Of a DNA stretch of 64,000 nucleotides, positions 1 to 8,614 are shown piece after piece. A program made the translations under genes and the position numbers. This stretch comes from an uncultured virus (IMG/VR IMGVR_UViG_3300031413_000601) (Duplodnaviria; Heunggongvirae; Uroviricota; Caudoviricetes). Within the stretch, counting starts at the first letter, position 1; every line of letters begins with the position of its first letter. Location: the IMG/VR virus record IMGVR_UViG_3300031413_000601; one strand, 5' to 3'. The notes beneath the pieces are model-generated. The model ran no database searches and was not told the origin of the DNA. It was given only the letters and a program-made list of their open reading frames with translations.

Positions 1-681
1 CTACCGCTGAGGCTTCGGCGCCAGCGAGCGAATGAACGCCACCTGTTCCGGAGTCTTGATGTCGAACTCGATGATCCAAGCCTGGCGTAGAAGCCGCGCC
101 GGCTGGTCGGCATACGCTTCGTAGTGCTGGAAACCGGAAAGCTGGAATGTGCTCTCGCCGACCCAATCAAGTTCGCAGTCATGCAGCACGGCCCCAGATC
201 TGTAGGGGTTGTCGAAAATCGCATAAGGCACATGGCGATTCAAATGCTCGGTCAACGCTTCGCCGACAGCTAGCTTTCCCTCGCTGACATAGGACGGCCG
301 GTCCATCACCTGGCGACGCGGCAGCGCCAACCCGCGATCGTAAATGGCGCGCATCCGGAATCCGACCGTATCAAGCGGCTCGGCGAGTTTGCACATCCAC
401 GACTGCGCCGCCTGGATGACGCCGCGCTCGCTCTGGGTTGCATCGACGCCCTGGAGCACGAACTCGAAGCCTTTCAGCCAGACCAGCTTGATGCTGGCCA
501 GCTCCGAGACGATCGCTTTTGATCCGAGCGCATAAAGACGCGCGACCTTCGATGGCCGGCGCTTACCCTGATCGGTGACGTCGACCACCATCAGCTCGAA
601 GGGTGCTGGCGTCGAACCGACCCGTATGGGCTCCGGAAGAAACTCACCGACCGTCCGCCTCCTTAAAACCCAAACTCTCAA
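1..681 (-). CDS. SOS-linked hypothetical protein made of two tandem copies of a ~100 aa domain
   Basis: 226 aa ORF (TTG start) just downstream of a LexA box; halves end in AQSWMC and RQAWII, with similar L-x-W...F-x-L-x-G patterns. Confidence 0.7.
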   Translation of the reverse strand: MRVWVLRRRTVGEFLPEPIRVGSTPAPFELMVVDVTDQGKRRPSKVARLYALGSKAIVSELASIKLVWLKGFEFVLQGVDATQSERGVIQAAQSWMCKLAEPLDTVGFRMRAIYDRGLALPRRQVMDRPSYVSEGKLAVGEALTEHLNRHVPYAIFDNPYRSGAVLHDCELDWVGESTFQLSGFQHYEAYADQPARLLRQAWIIEFDIKTPEQVAFIRSLAPKPQR

Positions 682-696
682 TTAAGCCTCGCAAGG

Positions 697-716
697 TACT
701 GTATGCGCGTACAGTA
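697..716. promoter_or_regulatory. LexA (SOS) box
   Basis: TACTGTATGCGCGTACAGTA matches CTGT-N8-ACAG and lies between divergent genes. Confidence 0.9.
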
Positions 717-748
717 TAGCAAAGTTGAAAACAGGTTCGAATCTTCCC

Positions 749-982
749 ATGTGTGGACGACTCGATCAGCATGACATCAACAAGACCCCCGGCGACTTCG
801 CCTGGGCTCAAAACCTATTGAACCGCAGCGAGGCGCCTGACAGGTGGGACGTCCCACTAAGCACCTACCGACCGGTGCTGAACATGGAAGAAGGTAAACT
901 CGTAGCTGACGACGTTTTCTGGAGCTACCACCCTGCTTGGGCTGCGGCCGCCAGCCGGCACCGTCGCCCAGCTAGAACCTAG
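749..982 (+). pseudogene. Truncated SRAP (YedK/HMCES-family) abasic-site protein
   Basis: Starts MCGR (the SRAP catalytic N-terminus) but stops after 77 aa at the edge of a low-GC insert; full SRAP proteins are about 220 aa. Confidence 0.75.
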
Positions 983-987
983 CTGCG

Positions 988-1782
988 TCACCAACAGATA
1001 CTCTGATTTTCAAATCGCTCCGTAGTAGCAAGGGTTTCGAATTTATATTTTTTATTACCTATCCCTTTAATTTCGACGTTCGTTATCTCAACAATTTCCA
1101 CCTTCAGTGGGTTAAAATTTGCATCTATAAAATCTCCTTTTACGGCCCAATTGAATACCGTCTCGTCGTGCACTGAAGCATAGGCAATTCCCGCGTTGGG
1201 GGCTGCTAAAGGCGACTCCCACTGATAAAAGAACTCAGCGACTTCTGAGGTTATCCAATAATTATGTGGGAAATCGCACCTGAATTTTTCTCTAAATTTC
1301 TCATGCAAAAAATTCTTTAACACTAACTCGGAAGCGGACAATCTAGGCCCTCCAACTTCTCCAGGACAATCCACAAAGCCGCAGGTAAGCAACCTAAAAG
1401 CTACAGTCGATACCCACGTACTCATGGCCAGCACCGTCCCCACCTTAATTTCTGGGATTTCCGGAAACAATGCATCGTAACCTAATGGAGTTACGGGCTG
1501 GCCGTAGAACACGGCGCGCTCTGGAGTGTTCGCTCTGTTCAGCTTCGGTTTAGGGTTATAACTGATCCTCGATAGAGAATTTGGCAAGACTTCCCCCTTC
1601 TCCATCGGTACTGCACGCACTATTCGCGTCCCTGCAAAACCTTCTAAACTTAATCCAGTGGAGTTAAAGAGTATGCTTACAAGCTTGTCACCAACAACCT
1701 TTCTCCGGGGATCTCCCAGCATGTAAGCTTCCACGTCAGCGATTACCGATATGACTTGCTCCGGGGTGAGATGTCGCGCCAT
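988..1782 (-). CDS. RES-domain-like protein (low-GC moron)
   Basis: NRANTPERAVFYG, E in LFPE, and GIAYASV...NWAV resemble RES motifs; AT-rich codon use; ATG at 1782 preferred over the longer ORF. Confidence 0.6.
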   Translation of the reverse strand: MARHLTPEQVISVIADVEAYMLGDPRRKVVGDKLVSILFNSTGLSLEGFAGTRIVRAVPMEKGEVLPNSLSRISYNPKPKLNRANTPERAVFYGQPVTPLGYDALFPEIPEIKVGTVLAMSTWVSTVAFRLLTCGFVDCPGEVGGPRLSASELVLKNFLHEKFREKFRCDFPHNYWITSEVAEFFYQWESPLAAPNAGIAYASVHDETVFNWAVKGDFIDANFNPLKVEIVEITNVEIKGIGNKKYKFETLATTERFENQSICW

Positions 1783-1855
1783 ATGACCACTTCCAAGAAT
1801 TGTAAAAAGGAATAGTAAAGGATTCACGAATATTTTAAAGAAATATCTTTTGGTG

Positions 1856-2137
1856 CTACGAGCATCCCACCAATAAAACCACAAGATCTGCTTCGTATCG
1901 TCGGCTACGCGTCCAATCCCGCGCCAGGGCCAGGACCTTCGTGCCGTCCGGCGCATCCAGCGGCAACTTGTCGAACTCATACACCGGCGCTGGCGGCACG
2001 TCCTTCACGCACGGCGTGCGCACCGGAAGGTAGACCGTCTGCGCTGCAGGCGGCGCGGTACCGCAGCCAGCCAGCAGCGCGATGGCAACCAGTGGAATAA
2101 TTTTTGGAATAAGTTGTCGTGCCTTTTGTGGTCTCAT
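1856..2137 (-). CDS. o-spanin (Rz1-like lipoprotein)
   Basis: Lipobox LLAG-C, Pro-rich mature part, overlaps the stop of the upstream spanin. Confidence 0.8.
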   Translation of the reverse strand: MRPQKARQLIPKIIPLVAIALLAGCGTAPPAAQTVYLPVRTPCVKDVPPAPVYEFDKLPLDAPDGTKVLALARDWTRSRRYEADLVVLLVGCS

Positions 2138-2529
2138 CGAACACTCTCCAGCAACTGGTTCACGAACGGCATGGCCTCGTCGCAGGTAGTGGCGCGCGCG
2201 CCGGCCAGCCGGGCTTGGGCGGCATCCAGCCGACGGCCATTTGCCGCGGCGAGTTCCTGAGCGGCGCGCCGGCGCTTGTCGGCGGCCACCGTCGCGTCGT
2301 GCATCGACTTGATCGCACTATTCTGGATCCCGATCGAGGCGCGCAGCGCGGCGCTGGCGCCCTGCTCCGCCGTCAAGCGGGCTAGCGCCTCGTCGCGCGC
2401 TGCCGCTGCCAGCCACCAGCCCGTGCCGGCGCAAGCAGTCACCACCAGCAGCAGGACGGCCAGCACCACGGTCGCCACCTTGCAGATGCCGCCGACGATG
2501 GCGCCGCCGGCAAACTTCAGTGCATCCAT
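2134..2529 (-). CDS. i-spanin (Rz-like)
   Basis: N-terminal TM helix then Ala-rich coiled coil with C-terminal Cys; position in lysis cassette. Confidence 0.8.
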   Translation of the reverse strand: MDALKFAGGAIVGGICKVATVVLAVLLLVVTACAGTGWWLAAAARDEALARLTAEQGASAALRASIGIQNSAIKSMHDATVAADKRRRAAQELAAANGRRLDAAQARLAGARATTCDEAMPFVNQLLESVR

Positions 2530-2531
2530 GA

Positions 2532-2897
2532 TCAACTCCAATCGGGTATAGGAACGGTCTGGCCAGCCAGCGCGTGCGTGCAATCGTCGAGGAATTGGAT
2601 CTGGCCATCGGTCACGAACGAATGGCACACGCCGCACTTGAACGGCGACTTGCGGCCGGTGCGGGCCTCGTAGTTGCACCAGCACTCCTTCTTATCGCCA
2701 TCCATGTGGTGCCCGTTGCTGGCGAGGACTGAGGGCGTGAACGTCGGCCGCGCCGGGTCACCGTTGTAGCCCCAGATAGGCCGCTGGTGGCCGTCGGCGG
2801 CCGGTCCGACCGGCAGCACGTGGACCTCGCCGCATCCAGGGCAATCAAACGCCACCTGGTTGTCGCTCATCGGCGCGGCCTTGATGCCGGCACTCAC
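2532..2897 (-). CDS. DUF6527-like Cys/His-rich protein
   Basis: FDCPGCGEVH, WGYNGD..RPTFTPSVL, CHSFVTDGQIQFLDDCTH; GTG start overlaps endolysin stop. Confidence 0.75.
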   Translation of the reverse strand: MSAGIKAAPMSDNQVAFDCPGCGEVHVLPVGPAADGHQRPIWGYNGDPARPTFTPSVLASNGHHMDGDKKECWCNYEARTGRKSPFKCGVCHSFVTDGQIQFLDDCTHALAGQTVPIPDWS

Positions 2898-3376
2898 GAC
2901 ACACCCGTCAGGCACAGGCTGCGCTCAGCGGCCCGGCGCTTGGTCAGGCCGGGCAGCGCCACCATGGCGCCCAGCACGCGCGCCTTGTCCCAGCGCGGCA
3001 GCTGATTGCATGCGGCGACCAGGTCGCCGGCGTAGAGCATGCGCGCCGCTGTTGAGCTGGCGCGGCTGCAAACCAGGGTCGGCCCCAGGTTGAACACGGC
3101 GTCGGCGAAGGCAGCCAGCACGGGCACCGGCAGGCCTGGGACGCAGCGCTCTACGGTGGCCACCGCCTTCTGCATATCGGCGGTCAGCAGCGCGCGGCAC
3201 TCATCCATCGAGTACAGGCGCTTCGCCACCACGTCGGCGCCGGTGTGGCCGTAGCACACGGTCAGGATCCCGGGCGGGTCGTAATACGCGAACTGCCGGA
3301 TGCCCTCGGCAGGAATTGCGATGACGGTGGCCAGCGCGGCAGCGGCAGCCGCGCGCTGTTTAGGGCTTGCTGGCAT
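2894..3376 (-). CDS. Endolysin, GH24 lysozyme, probably SAR type
   Basis: EG...YYD.....T catalytic triad, TVCYGHTG, FNLG, GLTKRR; Ala-rich N-terminal hydrophobic segment. Confidence 0.92.
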   Translation of the reverse strand: MPASPKQRAAAAAALATVIAIPAEGIRQFAYYDPPGILTVCYGHTGADVVAKRLYSMDECRALLTADMQKAVATVERCVPGLPVPVLAAFADAVFNLGPTLVCSRASSTAARMLYAGDLVAACNQLPRWDKARVLGAMVALPGLTKRRAAERSLCLTGVS

Positions 3377-3599
3377 TCGTGCCTCCGGACAGTTCAGTTT
3401 GCGCGATCAGGCGCGAGATGCCGGCGGCCAGCGACACCGCTGAGGCGATGCCGGCGAACACACCGTTCGGGATGCCGGCCGGCTGAACGAACTGCACGCC
3501 CACCTCCAAGCCGCCGAGGATGGCGGCGAGGATGCTGAACTTCATGGACCAGGCTTTGCCGAGCACGGCCTGCCAGTCTTCGATCAATTCGAATTTCAT
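3360..3599 (-). CDS. Holin-like membrane protein
   Basis: 79 aa, two TM segments, immediately upstream of the endolysin. Confidence 0.7.
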   Translation of the reverse strand: MKFELIEDWQAVLGKAWSMKFSILAAILGGLEVGVQFVQPAGIPNGVFAGIASAVSLAAGISRLIAQTELSGGTNASKP

Positions 3600-3600
3600 A

Positions 3601-3975
3601 TCAGCCTTTCATTTTAAAAATCCCATACAGCGCGCCGACGGCGCCTGCAATCGCGATAACCCATCGCGCGGGGCGTTCGAGCCAGCCCAGCACTCGCACG
3701 CCGCCGCGCATGCTGTTCATGTATTCCGCGATGTCTTTCAGCGATGGGATGTCCAGCTGCGCCAGCTGGCCCAGCTGCTGCTTGATGGCCTCGATGCCCT
3801 CCGCCGCCTCCCGGCTGAATGAAGTGTTCGCGGCCAGGTTGCCCTTCATGGCATGCACATCGGCGGCCAGCTTGCCGACAGCATCCTCGACGCGCCCGAT
3901 GCGCTCCTCCATTTGCACCATTCGGCGCTGGTTGTCGCCATGACGGGCGCTCTCTACTGCTTCATCTGCTGGCAT
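3601..3975 (-). CDS. Coiled-coil protein with C-terminal TM (lysis cassette, holin/antiholin-like)
   Basis: RBS GAAAGGGAAG; coiled coil then WVIAIAGAVGALYGIF. Confidence 0.6.
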   Translation of the reverse strand: MPADEAVESARHGDNQRRMVQMEERIGRVEDAVGKLAADVHAMKGNLAANTSFSREAAEGIEAIKQQLGQLAQLDIPSLKDIAEYMNSMRGGVRVLGWLERPARWVIAIAGAVGALYGIFKMKG

Positions 3976-3996
3976 ATCTTCCCTTTCGTGGGGCGT

Positions 3997-4019
3997 AAAA
4001 AAACCCGCCGGAGCGGGTT
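3997..4019 (-). terminator. Intrinsic terminator after tail fibre
   Basis: AACCCGC-TCCG-GCGGGTT then T run on minus strand. Confidence 0.75.
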
Positions 4020-4038
4020 GTGGTACAGCGAGTGGTGC

Positions 4039-5157
4039 TTACGAGACCTTGACGATGATCCGGGCACGGCCGTCGTCCTCAATGGCGATCACGCGGCCGA
4101 TGGCGCGCATGTACTGAGTAAGAGTCATGTCGGCCTCGTCGATGCCCAGGCCGGTGATGCCGTCGCCAGCCCGGACTGGAACGATGAACTGGCCGGGCGT
4201 GGCGCCTTGCAGGTTCACCGGCACCTGGCCGGCAAACGCAATACGGTCGACCGTCTGCCGGGCGGCCTCCAGCGCGGCGTCGAATGTCTGCTGCGCCACC
4301 TGCGCGGCGGCCAGCGCGTCCGACCACTGCTCATCGGTGACATCATCCTCACGCGTTGGCGCGACCGGGCGCAGCCCGAGATGCGCGGCCCACGTGTCAC
4401 CGCCAACCATGCAGGGATTGGAGGATTTGACGGCGAACGAGATTGCAGGATCCCACTGATCGGTGAGCCGGCCGTCAGCGTCAATGCCGACGATCTGGCC
4501 AGGCGCGATGGTGCCGCAGAGCAGCCCTTTAATCAGGTACTCAGCATAGTCGGCGCCACCTGCGTTGAGCGTTCCGGCGGCATTCAGGCTGCGGCCGTTA
4601 CCGGTATTCACCGCCAGGTTCAAGGCCGTGCCGTTCGAGCTGCCATAGGCTCCGGAGCAGACCGCGAAATACGCGCTATTGGCTGCCCGCAACTTCACCA
4701 CACCCTGTTGCTCGGTATTTTCGACCCCAGCATAAATAACACCTGGGGCAGTAAAGCTGGTCCCCACACGAACAGTCCCATCCCCTTGAATTGCGAGCAG
4801 GGTGGGGGTGAATTGTGCAGAATCAGTGTCATAGGCCTTAAGCTCAAGGCGGTAACCTTCCTTTCGAGCAGACCCATTTCCTTGACTGGTTAAAAAACTC
4901 CAACATCCTGCCCAGTTGGAGGGGGTCTGCGTTACGCCCAGGCGAAACGGTTCGGACGTCGTTCCGGCAGCAGCGTTTGAAGTAGCTGGAGGGGCGGTGA
5001 GGCAACTCGCAGAAATACCGGTGCCCAGGAACAGGGTGTCGGACATACGCCCGCCAGTCAGCGGGACCGCGTTGTACGGGCCGGCGCTGAAGGCATCCCA
5101 CATTTGGTTCAGCACCTCGACAAAATTTGTCATGCCCGCTTTGAATTTGTTTGCCAT
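4039..5157 (-). CDS. Tail fibre/spike with C-terminal intramolecular chaperone (Peptidase_G2-like)
   Basis: GADYAEY cleavage-site motif, VKSSNPCMVGGD, RIAFAGQVPVN; last gene of tail module. Confidence 0.75.
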   Translation of the reverse strand: MANKFKAGMTNFVEVLNQMWDAFSAGPYNAVPLTGGRMSDTLFLGTGISASCLTAPPATSNAAAGTTSEPFRLGVTQTPSNWAGCWSFLTSQGNGSARKEGYRLELKAYDTDSAQFTPTLLAIQGDGTVRVGTSFTAPGVIYAGVENTEQQGVVKLRAANSAYFAVCSGAYGSSNGTALNLAVNTGNGRSLNAAGTLNAGGADYAEYLIKGLLCGTIAPGQIVGIDADGRLTDQWDPAISFAVKSSNPCMVGGDTWAAHLGLRPVAPTREDDVTDEQWSDALAAAQVAQQTFDAALEAARQTVDRIAFAGQVPVNLQGATPGQFIVPVRAGDGITGLGIDEADMTLTQYMRAIGRVIAIEDDGRARIIVKVS

Positions 5158-5161
5158 TTTC

Positions 5162-6016
5162 TCAATATCCTTCGATTTGGAGTGGAGCGGAATAAATGCT
5201 GAAACTCGTTGCGCTGATGGCGTCGATATTTGCGACGCGGCCGTAGACCAGATGCTGCTGCTCCAGCACCGGGTCGGCGTGTTCGGGAAACAGGCTGCAC
5301 AGCAGCTGCCGCACCGTGCCGCATTCGTCCACGATGCGGGCTAGGCGCGCGCGGTCGGGCGGCGTCAGGAATTCCAGGTTGATGTTGAGCAGCCGGTGCC
5401 GTGTACCGACGTTCGTTTTGGCGGCGCCGGCAGCAGTTCGATATCCCTCGCTGGTGTCCACCTGCGTCAGGCCGGCGCCGTAGCTCGCGTTGTATTCCGG
5501 CGCCCAATACATGCCGGCGACCAGGCGCGACACTTCGAGGTAGCCGTCAGGGTTGTCGACCGACGAAAGGTCGATGACCAGCTGACGAACGCTGACCGGC
5601 TCAAACCAGGCCACGCCATCCGAGCCGCCGCCGCGCGCCCAGGTGTTCACACCGCCCCATTTGTAGCCGTTCCAGCCCAGCGGCAGGTAGCCGAACGGAG
5701 AAGCGCCCAGCGGCGCCTCCGGGCATGGAAGCATCAGGCCAGTGTCGAGCACCGGCACCGCGTCGCCCAACCGCTCATAACCTCGCACGCGCATGCGCGC
5801 CGAGCTGTTCATGTTCGTGCGGATCGGCGCCACACAGCCGATCAGTTCGGCTGTGGGCCACGTGGCCGTGATCGTCACTCCGGTACCGGTGGCGCGCAGC
5901 ACCTCCGACCGCTCGTCACGCTGCAGGTTGGCCGGGCCCAGCGTGCCGGCCTGGCTCGACGCCGTCAGCACCGCCCGGTCGATAGCATTGTCGTGGAGGA
6001 TTCGTAGGTTGTTCAA
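5162..6016 (-). CDS. Tail tip-associated protein
   Basis: 284 aa ORF coupled in tail operon; YLEVSRLVAG-YW-P-YNASYG pattern. Confidence 0.65.
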   Translation of the reverse strand: MNNLRILHDNAIDRAVLTASSQAGTLGPANLQRDERSEVLRATGTGVTITATWPTAELIGCVAPIRTNMNSSARMRVRGYERLGDAVPVLDTGLMLPCPEAPLGASPFGYLPLGWNGYKWGGVNTWARGGGSDGVAWFEPVSVRQLVIDLSSVDNPDGYLEVSRLVAGMYWAPEYNASYGAGLTQVDTSEGYRTAAGAAKTNVGTRHRLLNINLEFLTPPDRARLARIVDECGTVRQLLCSLFPEHADPVLEQQHLVYGRVANIDAISATSFSIYSAPLQIEGY

Positions 6017-6762
6017 GGTAAGAGCGCCCCCTCAAGGATGAAATATGCGCACCGGTTATAGGTATCACCGTTACTGCCGTCCCGCGCCTCGGTGGCGTTG
6101 TATTGATAGCGCTGACTGACGATGGTGCCGCTGGAGAGCGTCGTGGCTGACGTGCGCGTCCACGCCCCGAGCAGTTGCGTGAACAGGAAGGTGTTGTTGG
6201 TGCTTGGCGCGAGGCCATGAGAACTGAAGTCGTCTGCCGGCGCGCCCATCACTACCGGCCGCGTAACAGACACGATTTCCTGCGGCAACCCAGTATTAAC
6301 CCCGCTGCCACGTGGAAAAAGTGGATACGGCTGCGACAGGTCGTAAGTCACCTGCATTGTCGCCGGGTTCCGAAGCAGCACGCCGCGAGTGCCGTATTTC
6401 GTGGCAGCGGCAAACGCCCAGACATCAAGCTGGTACTGCACGGTGTCCATATCATTTGCGTCAGGTGTGCTGCCGCAGTAACACGTCGCTTCCCAAACCC
6501 CAGTTGACACCTGAACGACGCTGATGACACCCACGCGCCGACCGATCGGCAAGTCCAATGCGACTACGATCGGTGTCGGTGAATTAATGCGATACCGGGC
6601 ATAGCCACCCACTCGACCCGGTATATCCAAGGTGGCGACGCCGGTTGGCTGTACTACCGCACCCTGTAACGCCATCTTGCCAATGCAAACCAGGCCGATA
6701 GCATCCGTGCTGAGCGTGAGCTCCCGAGCGCCATTGCGCAGACGCATGCCGCGTGCGCTCAT
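6013..6762 (-). CDS. Tail-associated hypothetical protein
   Basis: ATG at 6762 forms an ATGA overlap with the upstream stop; beta-rich. Confidence 0.65.
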   Translation of the reverse strand: MSARGMRLRNGARELTLSTDAIGLVCIGKMALQGAVVQPTGVATLDIPGRVGGYARYRINSPTPIVVALDLPIGRRVGVISVVQVSTGVWEATCYCGSTPDANDMDTVQYQLDVWAFAAATKYGTRGVLLRNPATMQVTYDLSQPYPLFPRGSGVNTGLPQEIVSVTRPVVMGAPADDFSSHGLAPSTNNTFLFTQLLGAWTRTSATTLSSGTIVSQRYQYNATEARDGSNGDTYNRCAYFILEGALLP

Positions 6763-7028
6763 TTGGCGAACAGCGCAACCTGCGCCCCCGCTGCTGCCGA
6801 CGGGAAAGCAAACCGCAAGCGACCTGGTGGATTGCTGATTACTGCGAGTGGCGCGCCGCGACCGGTGCCTGCTGACAGCGCAGCGCCCGTAGCGCCGGCG
6901 AAATCCGGGAAGTCGAAATTTCCGCCGCTGGCAGGTACGGTGACAATGCCCAGACATACCCCGCCAGTAGCTAGCGATGAGTCGAACACCACCACGTTGT
7001 TCTGTCGCACGCGGCAACCTGTCGTCAT
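6759..7028 (-). CDS. Small tail-associated protein
   Basis: 89 aa, ATGA overlaps on both sides. Confidence 0.65.
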   Translation of the reverse strand: MTTGCRVRQNNVVVFDSSLATGGVCLGIVTVPASGGNFDFPDFAGATGAALSAGTGRGAPLAVISNPPGRLRFAFPSAAAGAQVALFAK

Positions 7029-8614
7029 GTGATGTACTCCCCAATTTCGATATAGGGCAACGCGTTCAAGCCATCATAGAAATACAGACCGTTGCCGTTC
7101 AGGTCGTAGCCGGCCGCATTGACGTTGCCGATACGAGAAGGGCTCTGGATCAGCGCGAAGGATCCGACCACGCCCGATAGCTCCCCGCCAAACTTCGCCT
7201 TGCCACCGATGCTCGTGAACTGCGGTGTACGGATGTCTCCGTTCGCATCGAACTGCGCGTATTTCGCGGCATTGAAATTGCCAAACAGAAGACCCTCCGC
7301 GCTTAAATGGAAGCCATCTCCACCATTGGTCGGCCAGTTGTAGCCGTGGCCGTACGGATAGCCACTGCCGCCGTGAATCACAGCACCCTCGATATCGCCG
7401 GACGTCATGCGGGAGAACTTCCCGGTGATCGCGGCCAAGTCGTCCACCGCCAGCGCGCGCGCGGCGATGGTGCCATCGACCAGCAGATTGCCGTTGATGA
7501 ACGTACCCGCCTCCAACCAGGATCCGTTCACATAAAATTTCGTCACCGCGTGCGTGGCGTCGTACAGCGTCACCATGTCGCGGTTGATCGGCTCGCCGTA
7601 GCCGGCGGCTCCGATCTCGTACACTGCCGACGCATCCGACCAGGTGGAATAGCCGGGCGCGGTGATGGTGATCGTGCCGCGCTGCCCAGCGGCGCCGTCG
7701 GCAGCCAGGCGCGCAGCCGCCGACCACTCGTTGGCCGGAATTTCATCGGTCGCGGACTTCGAGGCCGCCGTGGCGCCGGACGTGAACAGGTACGCGCCGC
7801 CGCTGGTGGGTACCTGCGTCTGCCAGCCGTTGTTCAGGCCGGCCAGCGCGCCGGTGGCGAACGTAAAGGTAGTAGTCGCCGTGGGCAACGCCGGCGCCAC
7901 GTTGGTGGTGCCGCGCTGATAGATACGCACTGAGGCCACATTCAGGCCATCAGCGCCCTCGTCGCCTTGTTCACCCTTCGCGCCATCTTTCACCAGCTGT
8001 ACGGCACTCGACCATTCTGCTGCGGCGATCGCATCGGTTGGGTTGCGCGAGTTTGCCGAGGCCACACGCACGTAAAGCGGCGCGGTACCGGCCGGAATGT
8101 TCTTCGACCAGCCATTGGCGAGATCGTTGCCGGCAGGCGTGGTGATTGCGCCGCTGGCAAACGTGTAAATGACGTCGCCGGGGCTGTCCGTCGGCGCGGT
8201 GGCTGCGCGCTTGTACGTGAATGCCTGGGCAGTGTTCAGGCCAGCCAGCCCGGGATTGCCGTTCTGGCCGTCGCGGACCGTGCTGATCACGTACTGGTTG
8301 ACGTGGTCAACGCCGAACTCGCGAATTTTCGCCTGCACCACGACCGTATCCGACGTGACGCTGTCGAAGTTAACGGTCGCCACGTTGCCGTTGACCACCA
8401 GTGTGGCGCCAGTAGCACTGAACTTGATGGCGCCAACTAGGTTAATTGGTTTGGCCGTGATCGCGATGGATGGCTCCATGGGCGCGCCGGTGGCGTCCAA
8501 ATGAAACAGCGGCGGTACCGCCGACATCATGATGTTTTTGCCGTCGGCCACGGTGCTGAACCGCTCGGCAGTAGCCTGCAGTAACACGTCGCGTTCGCCT
8601 ACAATTGCTGTCAT
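7025..8614 (-). CDS. Tail fibre/host-specificity-type protein with two internal repeats
   Basis: Two ~95 aa repeats (GLN.A...Y.R...TF..GA...NGW...P...EWS.A..L..DG) joined by Gly-X-Y linkers; INGNLLVDGTIAA motif as in J-like C-termini. Confidence 0.7.
   Translation of the reverse strand: MTAIVGERDVLLQATAERFSTVADGKNIMMSAVPPLFHLDATGAPMEPSIAITAKPINLVGAIKFSATGATLVVNGNVATVNFDSVTSDTVVVQAKIREFGVDHVNQYVISTVRDGQNGNPGLAGLNTAQAFTYKRAATAPTDSPGDVIYTFASGAITTPAGNDLANGWSKNIPAGTAPLYVRVASANSRNPTDAIAAAEWSSAVQLVKDGAKGEQGDEGADGLNVASVRIYQRGTTNVAPALPTATTTFTFATGALAGLNNGWQTQVPTSGGAYLFTSGATAASKSATDEIPANEWSAAARLAADGAAGQRGTITITAPGYSTWSDASAVYEIGAAGYGEPINRDMVTLYDATHAVTKFYVNGSWLEAGTFINGNLLVDGTIAARALAVDDLAAITGKFSRMTSGDIEGAVIHGGSGYPYGHGYNWPTNGGDGFHLSAEGLLFGNFNAAKYAQFDANGDIRTPQFTSIGGKAKFGGELSGVVGSFALIQSPSRIGNVNAAGYDLNGNGLYFYDGLNALPYIEIGEYIT

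Noticed and set aside
731..748. GGTTCGAATC resembling a tRNA T-loop or att core
   Set aside because: T stem pairs only partly, there is no acceptor or anticodon arm, and no second copy was found
1783..1980. N-terminal extension of the 330 aa ORF
   Set aside because: Overlaps the o-spanin gene; ATG at 1782 fits better
4039..8614. Invertible tail fibre cassette driven by the serine recombinase
   Set aside because: No inverted repeats or reversed alternative fibre ends seen; recombinase is about 25 kb away and not Gin-like
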